A DNA stretch of 64,000 bases from the NCBI GenBank assembly GCA_951406725.2, contig OX597827.1, positions 67,766,001 through 67,830,000 of the forward strand. Direction: 5' to 3'. A model generated the notes under the pieces. It made no database searches. It worked only from the letters and a program-made list of their open reading frames with translations, and was not told the DNA's origin. Origin of the DNA: Octopus vulgaris (Eukaryota). Positions within the stretch are counted from its first letter, which is position 1. Each line of letters begins with the position of its first letter. The position numbers and the translations under genes were made by a program. Below, piece by piece: positions 55,480-64,000 of the stretch.

Positions 55480-56356
55480 GAAGACGGCGAGCTGGCAGAA
55501 TCGTTAGCGTACCGGGCGAAATGCTTACCGGCTTTTCGCCCGCCTCTAGTTCTGGGTTCAAATTCCACCGTGACCGACTTCTCTGTTCATCGTTTCGGAA
55601 ACGATAAAATAAGAAAATATTCGAACACTAGTACCGATGGTACTTACTATTTAAAACTTTTGATTTTTGATATTGTTACTGTTGGCGTTGACGTTGGCGT
55701 TGTTGCTGCTATCTTTGCTGTTTTATTCTATGTTCCTCAATGTCACTTGGTTTAATTCTCGTGAAAACTACTGAATATATTATATGTGTGTATTATAGAC
55801 TTAATAGAAATAGGCTTATTAGAGTACCTCGCCTATGTCATAGCGGTGGATATACAGGGATGAAACAAGACGCCTACGAAAGAGACTCACACATTATTAC
55901 ATACGCGGGTCAGGTGGAAGAATCACGAGATTCATTCATTTCGAACGTATGAATGGTTAAGCTTCCATGAAAAGTTCGTACGTGAATGAACAGTCTAGGA
56001 ATTCATAAGCTGCGCACACTTATACATACACATGCCGCATAGAGATACATACACACACAGTGCACACTCTAGCACATACACACAAAGAAACAAGCAGCGT
56101 ACACATATTCACAAACTTACATACGCACATACATCCGTATACACATAACTGAACAAATATATATATATATATATTTACATGAACACAAATACATACATAT
56201 ATATATGTGTGTGTGTGTAATTATTATTCTTAAAACTGATTATCATTGGTTGTGTCAGTCAAGTTTTGGCCAGTCATACCATTGTCGGCAATCCGATGAT
56301 GACTTAACTAGGCCAAACTTCGAAGTCACTATCAACAGTATTCTTGTCTAATATAA

Positions 56357-56654
56357 GGCGGAGAGCTAGCAGAATGGTTAGCACACTGGGCGAAATGCTT
56401 AACGGTATTTCGTCTGCCGTTACGTTCAGAGTTCAAATTCCGCAGAGGTCGACTTTGCCTTTCATCCTTTCGGGGTCGATAAAATTAAGTACCAGTTACG
56501 CACTGGGGTCAATGTAATCGACTTAATCCGTTTGTCTGTCCTTGTTTGTCCCCTCTGTGTTTAGCCCCTTGTGAGAAATAAAGAAATAAGAAACGTTAGC
56601 AAGCCAGGCGAAATGCTTAGCGGTGTGCTAACATTTCTGCCAGCTCGCCGCCTT
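56357..56654 (+). mobile_element. SINE family B followed by a partial + inverted head fragment
   Basis: Full copy to 56587, then agaaacgttagca...tgctaacatttctgccagctcgccgcc. Confidence 0.85.
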
Positions 56655-56769
56655 CGGAACCGATCTCCACCATTTTGTTCTACGTTCACCAATTTTTTCA
56701 GTATGTTTAAGTATGTTCTTTTCTCTTTTCATAAGACCCAAGAGTTTTAGTTGTGGATATTGATGATTA

Positions 56770-57446
<677 letters not shown>

Positions 57447-57594
57447 AATTAGTTGAAGGAGCAGGTATCTTAGTTCCTCAATAGCAAAACCTGTGTTCCT
57501 AACTAGACTTTGGCCACGACAGGAAAATAGGGCCATCTAACAGCATTTTACGCCCAGGGTCAAATCAGTGCGCTATGTCCCGAGAATATTTATT

Positions 57595-58012
57595 GGATCT
57601 TTTCGGTTTGAACGGTAGTTTTTAACATAATTTCTAAATAACTAAAAAATTTTAAACTTCGTATACTGGTAGAATGTGTTTATAAAACATCTTTTTCTCT
57701 TGACTTTATTGAGAAAATTCTATAGTTTGTAATTTATTTGTTGTTTTTTTTCTTCAATTTCTGCAATTTCAACCAATCACTGACGTCTATTGAGGTAAAA
57801 AATCATTCTGTGCCGTATGAATATGTCCCTCGTTTAAGAAACAGATTGGGTTTATTTACATTTGTGAAGTAAAAAAGATACCCTTCCCCCACCCCTAACC
57901 CTAACCCTAAAACAGATTGAAATGCAATAGATCGATACTAGGGTCATAATTATGGGTGACAATTTCATGTGACACCGCTAGAAAAAAACTGCCGTTCAAA
58001 CCGAAAAGGTCC
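57595..58012. mobile_element. 418-bp MITE, GG termini, 8-bp TSD (Merlin-like)
   Basis: TIR ggatcttttcggtttgaacggtagttttt / aaaaactgccgttcaaaccgaaaaggtcc (2 mismatches); TSD tatttatt at 57587-57594 and 58013-58020. Confidence 0.85.
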
Positions 58013-58277
58013 TATTTATTTATTGACGGATAACCACAGTAAACATTAAATTAAATGTGTCTTCCTAGGTCCGTGAGGACACCCGGGCATCTAGCCATTT
58101 TGCTTTGAGACTGCAATGCATAACAAGGAATTTCCTTAGAAAAGTGTTGAGTTTATATAACAGAGAGAGAGAGAGAGATTGTAGCCCTGTGTATATGATT
58201 GTAGCCCTGTGTGAATATGAATGTGTCTCTGTGCGTCTGCGCGAGCGCATGTATGTGATTTTTTTATCTGCTCTTGA

Positions 58278-58508
58278 CTCTTTACTCTTTTTCTCTTCTA
58301 CTTGTTTCAGTCATTTGACTGCGGCCGTGCTGGAGCACCGCCTTTAGTCGAGCAAATCGACCCCGGGACTTATTCTTTTGTAAGCACAATACTTATTCTA
58401 TCGGGCTCTCTTTTGCCGAACCGCTAAGTGACGGGGACGTAAACACACCAGCATCGGTGGTTGTCAAGCAATGCTAGGGGGAGACAAACACAAGACACGC
58501 AAACACAT

Positions 58509-58561
<53 letters not shown>

Positions 58562-58724
58562 TACGACAGGCTTCTTTCAGTTTCCGTCTACCAAATCCAC
58601 TCACAAGGCATTGGTCGTGCCCGGGGCTATAGCAGAAGACACTTGCCCAAGATGCCACGCAGTGGGACTGAACCCGGAACCATGTGGTTGGTTAGCAAGC
58701 TACTTACCACACAGCCACTCCTGC
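58278..58724 (-). mobile_element. SINE family A, full length
   Basis: Head and tail both present. Confidence 0.9.
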
Positions 58725-59013
58725 GACTATATGTATTTTCTATTGATAAATGGATTCACTGAAAGTGAAAGTTCGCTGGTGGTAAAAATAAGTTTAATAC
58801 GAATAAATCAGGCAAGAGCTTCAAACAATGTAGGCCGGACGGTTATTATGGCTGATGTACAATCTAAGGCAAGGTCAGTGTAAATATAAATATACGGAAA
58901 CGAGGCTTAGATTTATTGGCCAAACAGAAAAGTATTGTGTAGCTTAGAAGGGCCATAAATATGATATAAAAGAGAAAACGGCTTACGCACACATAGCCAT
59001 ATATATATATATA

Positions 59014-59083
<70 letters not shown>

Positions 59084-59177
59084 TATGCATATATATATAT
59101 ATATATATATGCATATGCATATATATATATATTTATGTATATAAATGTATATATATATATGTAAGTATGTGTATATA

Positions 59178-59214
<37 letters not shown>

Positions 59215-59365
59215 GTATATATATATATGCATGCATATATATATACGTATATATGTATGTGTATATGTATAAGTATATACATTATATATATATGCAGACA
59301 TACATGCTTATGCATACACTCACACACATATATTATATATAATGTGAAAGTGATATAACACATAC

Positions 59366-59460
<95 letters not shown>

Positions 59461-59514
59461 ATATATGCTTATATGTGTGTGTCTGTGTGTGTTTATATAT
59501 ATATATATACATAT

Positions 59515-59583
<69 letters not shown>

Positions 59584-60537
59584 GTGAAAATGATATAACG
59601 GAATAAAAAAGAAAATTTTCATTTCAAGAATTTACACGTATTTATGCGTGCATGCGTGTGTGTGTGTGTGTGCATTCATATACATATAGTTATATAAATA
59701 GATACAGATATTGCCAGATACGTGCATAAAAAATATTTCTTCGGTTTGAAAACTTAGGTTCCCACAAATATTGCTGTACACTGGGATCGTCATACGGCCA
59801 ATAAATCACGCTCACCAGTTGTATTTCACTTCAGTTTTAAATTGTCAACTAATTACTGGTTTGTCAAACTGCTCTCGTCACACTACGTGACATTATCAAT
59901 GACAATGTATTGCCCTTCAGACAGGCTCTTTTCATTTGTCACAAGCCAAACATTTTTTCCTTTTGTTCCTTGTTCAACTGACGATTAGCAATTTATTTTT
60001 GTTCTGTTGTTGTTGATGTTGTGGCTGCTGCTATCGTTATCGTTGCTGTTGTTGTTCCTGCTCTTGTTATTGTTGCTGTTGATGTTGCTGTTGTTGTTGC
60101 TGCTAGTGGTATTGATGCTGCGGCTGCTGTTGTTGCCGTTATTGTTTTTCTTGTTGCTGCCACTACTTCTGTTGTTGTTGTTCCTGCTGCTGCAGTTGTT
60201 GTTAAGATAAATTAGCCGTATCCAAACCCTGGATGATTAAGGGATTAGATGAGCGCTGATGAGAGGGCAACAACTCCCGAAATTTGCATATACGTCCATT
60301 GGTCTTTTTTTTTTTTTCATCTTCGATCTCTTTGTTTGTTTACATCTGATGCCTCGTATACAAAATATAGCAACAAAAATCAGTGCTGGCTATAGTCAGT
60401 ATAGAATATCTGTAGAGACAATCTTAACAAGTAATGCAAGAAAAATGCCATGCAGAACGAAAGACAATTTTCTAAGGACTACTTGAACTTTACTACCTTC
60501 CTACACCTTGATCCTTGGATCTTACCTATACACACAA

Positions 60538-60568
<31 letters not shown>

Positions 60569-60599
60569 TACATCCAAATTGAAGGTGTGGAGCAAGAAA

Positions 60600-61110
60600 A
60601 ATTCGACAGTTTTCCACAAGAGTTTATATTGAAAACCCTATAAATATGCAACATCTTACCACTAACCTCTAGCTTTCTTAGACATGGCATGACACAATGG
60701 ACTAAATCTTCCTCTTCAATCCATAGTCATGGCATCATGCAAATAAACGAATTAAACCGGACTGTGGAATCATACTTCTAGAATGATCATGCGAAACATC
60801 AGTTGATCTTTACATCCATAAAATTTCCATTTAACTCATTTTTGTTCAAGAGGAACGAAGGTATCTTTTTTTCTTTTTGTGAAAAGTTTATATTTTTTTC
60901 AACACGTATTGAAGTCGGGATCTTGTAAGTCGTTATAACGTATGTAAAAGGTCCGTAGTTCCTAATTCTCTTTTTGTTTTGTTTTTTGTTCTTTTTGTGG
61001 GTGCTTTCTGATGTTTCTTGTAGGAGGCACATTGTCCCTTTTGTCAAAATTTTGCAAACTTTCTTGCAATTTTGTATCAGTGCAATCATTTCCTTGGCTA
61101 GTACAGTAAT
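60600..61110 (-). pseudogene. Degraded R4/Dong-like RT domain fragment
   Basis: LTKGTMCLL...RNYGPFTYVITTYKIPTS resembles the NYRPITCL..YK..TS motif; frameshifted YGCKDQLMF..ILE follows. Confidence 0.6.
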
Positions 61111-61191
61111 GATAATGATCATTGTGTCTTGTTGTGAAGCATCCTGATGCGGGGAGTGTCTGTCTCATTAAAATATGAAATCTATATCATA

Positions 61192-61667
61192 CTAGCAGTA
61201 TCGCCCGGCGTTGCTCGGGTTTGTAAGAGAAATAACTAAATAAGCATTTTTAGAGAGTTACTTCCCTTATAGATGCCAATTCGGGCTTTCTTAGCCATTT
61301 CTGTTTTGGTGTCTTCAAGCCATGAAGTCGTTGTTCTAAAAGAACGCTGGTCTCCTTGACAACGCTTTACGACGTTGATTTCCTTACACTCCCTTTCCCA
61401 CAGCTTCACGAGGGAGGGAAGAAGGGGAGAAGCAAACAGGTGCAGGTGTGACCATGGACGCCAACTCCGCCGCCATCGACACACGAAAAATTATGCATTA
61501 AAATGGAATAAAAAATAGACGCGCGCTAATACTCAGACGGGCTCGATATGAATCACGACTATAAGATACCCGAATTTGGTTAAACTGCACCGCAAAATGT
61601 GGGATTAGTTAGGAATCTAAATCGAAGGGGACAGACACTCACACAACGACAGTTTTATATATATAGA
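61192..61667 (-). mobile_element. Non-autonomous Helitron (476 bp)
   Basis: Minus strand A|TCtatatatataaaa...cccgagcaacgccggg hairpin, 8 nt, CTAG|T; inserted in an AT dinucleotide with no TSD. Confidence 0.88.
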
Positions 61668-62286
61668 TTATCGGATACGTCTCCGAAACGGCCCGTCAAT
61701 GGAACATTATCTTCGTGTATTAGTATGTCATGTTAATGTTCTATAATTTCAAATTTTCCACCGGACTCTGTTGTAACTTGTGAATCTTTATTACCGTGTA
61801 TCTTATCGTGTGAATTCATAATCATCTTGTGAATTAGTAATTCAATAAGTCTTATATTATGTTGATGTTTTATATTTTGCCTGTGTATTTATATATACAA
61901 GCATACTTAAATGTTTTTAAGTAACTACGAGTTTTAACTTATATCATATCGACGTTTTATATCTATTTTTATATCTATTTGTATATCTATTTATGTATTT
62001 ATATATTTATAATACGACGTGTTTTTTTAATATTTTTAAAAATATTTTTAAAATATTAAATATCTATATGTTTATATACTTGTATGTTTTAATACTGTAT
62101 TATCTGGAACTTTATATTGGATATTTTTGTGTCTTTTTGTATGTATGTATGTATGTATGTATGTATGTATGTATGTATGTATGTATGTTTGTATGTATGT
62201 ATGTATGTATGTATGTATGTATGTATGTATGTATGTATGTATGTATGTATGTATGTATGTATGTATGTATGCATGTATGTATGCAT

Positions 62287-62600
62287 CTATGTATAGGTCA
62301 AGATTTGTATGTTTTGCTTTGTGTATATATTCTCATGCATATAGTTGTATATCTAGACTTGTTCATATATATTTAAATGATAAACCTCTGGAATGTTTTA
62401 CAGATTTTTACAGTTCCAGTGATGGATTGGGTCTGTAGTCTTCGAATCAGCTTTCCCTTTTCTGGTTTTGAAAAGCCTAACTTCTCAAGATTCGTATTTA
62501 GGCAGTATGTTATATATCCCAGGGCCCCAATAATTACAGGTATAAACTTGAACTTGTAACCTGGGTAGAGTAACTGCAGGTTTCGCAATAGTTCTGCGTA
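62287..62600 (-). mobile_element. RLE retrotransposon C-terminus + 3'UTR in (TACA)n
   Basis: YAELLRNLQLLYPGYKFKFIPVIIGALGY..LEKLGF..LIRRLQTQSITGTVKICKTF*, followed by (CATA)n. Confidence 0.8.
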
Positions 62601-63264
62601 GATATGTATGTGTGCATGCATGTATGTTTGTGTATGTATGCATGTTCATATATATGTGTGTGTATATGGATATATGTATACATATATATATGTGCACACG
62701 TAGGTATGTTTTTATGTATGTATATGAGTGCATGTACCTTTATATGTATGTGTATATGTCCGCGTATATGCATAAGCATTGTGTAGACGCATATATATAT
62801 GCTATCTTTTGTACATACACACCTATATATTTATATGTGTGTGTGTGTGTGTGCGTGAGTATGTGTGTGTGTCTGTCTCTCTGTCTCTGTCTGTGTGTGT
62901 GTCTGTCTCTCTGTCTCTGTCTGTGTGTATGTTCGCGTGTGTGTGTGTTCGTGTGTGTGTGCGTGAGTGTGTGTGAGTGTGTCTGTCTGTCTATCTCTGT
63001 CTGTGTGTATGTGTGTGTGTGTGTGTGTGTGTGAGTGTGTGTGTGTGTCTGTCTGTCTATCTGTCTCTGTCTGCGTGTGCGTGTGTGTGTGCGTGAGTGC
63101 GTGTGTATGTGTCTGTCTCTGTCTGTGTGTGTGTGTGTGTGTGTGCGTGTGTGTATGTGCGTGAGTGTGTGTGTGCCTGTCTGTCTCTGTCTGTGTGTAC
63201 GTGCGTGTGTGTGTGTGTGTGTGTCCGGTCCTGATTATAATGATCGTGATTGTTCTTATAAAAT

Positions 63265-63295
<31 letters not shown>

Positions 63296-63465
63296 TACAT
63301 ACATACATACATACATACATTCATTCATACACACACACACATACAAACATACATACATACATACATACATTCATTCATACACACACATACATGCATACAT
63401 ACATACATACATACACACACACACATACATACATACATACATACACACATACATATATGTGTGCA

Positions 63466-63509
<44 letters not shown>

Positions 63510-63609
63510 CGAAAACATAGTCACACATATATACGCATAGGCACGAAGGGAGACACATGTACACACAACGTATCAAATATAATTTTCATTGACATTTATG
63601 GAAATACTT

Positions 63610-63619
63610 GAACAGCAGC

Positions 63620-63656
<37 letters not shown>

Positions 63657-63862
63657 GCAGCAGCAGCAATAACAACAACAACAACAACAAAAGTAGCAGC
63701 AGCAGGAGCAGTAGCAGCAGCTGCAACAACTACATCGTTATTAAAAAGCAAAAAGCATCCTCATTCCTCAACACAAGCAGAGACATTCTCTCCGTTTCCT
63801 CTTCCTCTTACCGCCACCGTTTCTTATCGCGTTCCTGATCATCGCCATCATGAAGGTGGCCA

Positions 63863-63893
<31 letters not shown>

Positions 63894-64000
63894 CGGTACC
63901 ATTCTTCATCGTCGTCGTGATCATCATCATCATCATCATCACCACTATCATCATCATCATCATCATCATCATCTCAATCATAATCATAAATCATCATCAT
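63610..64000. repeat. Compound CAA/CAG/CGT/CAT microsatellites
   Basis: Direct reading. Confidence 0.9.

Noticed and set aside
55931-55990. 60-nt hairpin resembling a pre-miRNA
   Set aside because: The large internal loops leave too few pairs.
57893-57910. Telomere or chromosome-fusion scar
   Set aside because: There are only three units, and they are internal to a MITE.

Overview
Eukaryotic, AT-rich, extremely microsatellite-dense DNA with no recognisable host protein-coding exon. The repeat families look like those of an Octopus genome; this is inference from memory, not a database result. Almost all ORFs in the supplied track are translations of simple repeats. Real content: (1) about 30 copies or fragments of four tRNA-derived SINE families with swappable tails; (2) 5'-truncated restriction-like-endonuclease (R4/Dong-type) non-LTR retrotransposons stacked in (TAA)n, one with an intact 356-codon frame (23461-24531), plus a second RLE family in (TACA)n and an AATAAA-tailed LINE end in (TATC)n; (3) RTE and CR1-like 3' fragments; (4) DNA elements: mariner pieces, a hAT/Charlie-type MITE, a GG-terminal MITE with an 8-bp TSD, and a non-autonomous Helitron. 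The most notable feature is about 15 hammerhead-ribozyme (HHR) motifs with palindromic helix III, in Penelope-like terminal fragments. Several sit in the loop of fold-back cassettes, four carry a recurrent CCGANGA core variant, and one is split by the Helitron. All structures were paired by eye, and boundaries of degraded elements are approximate.
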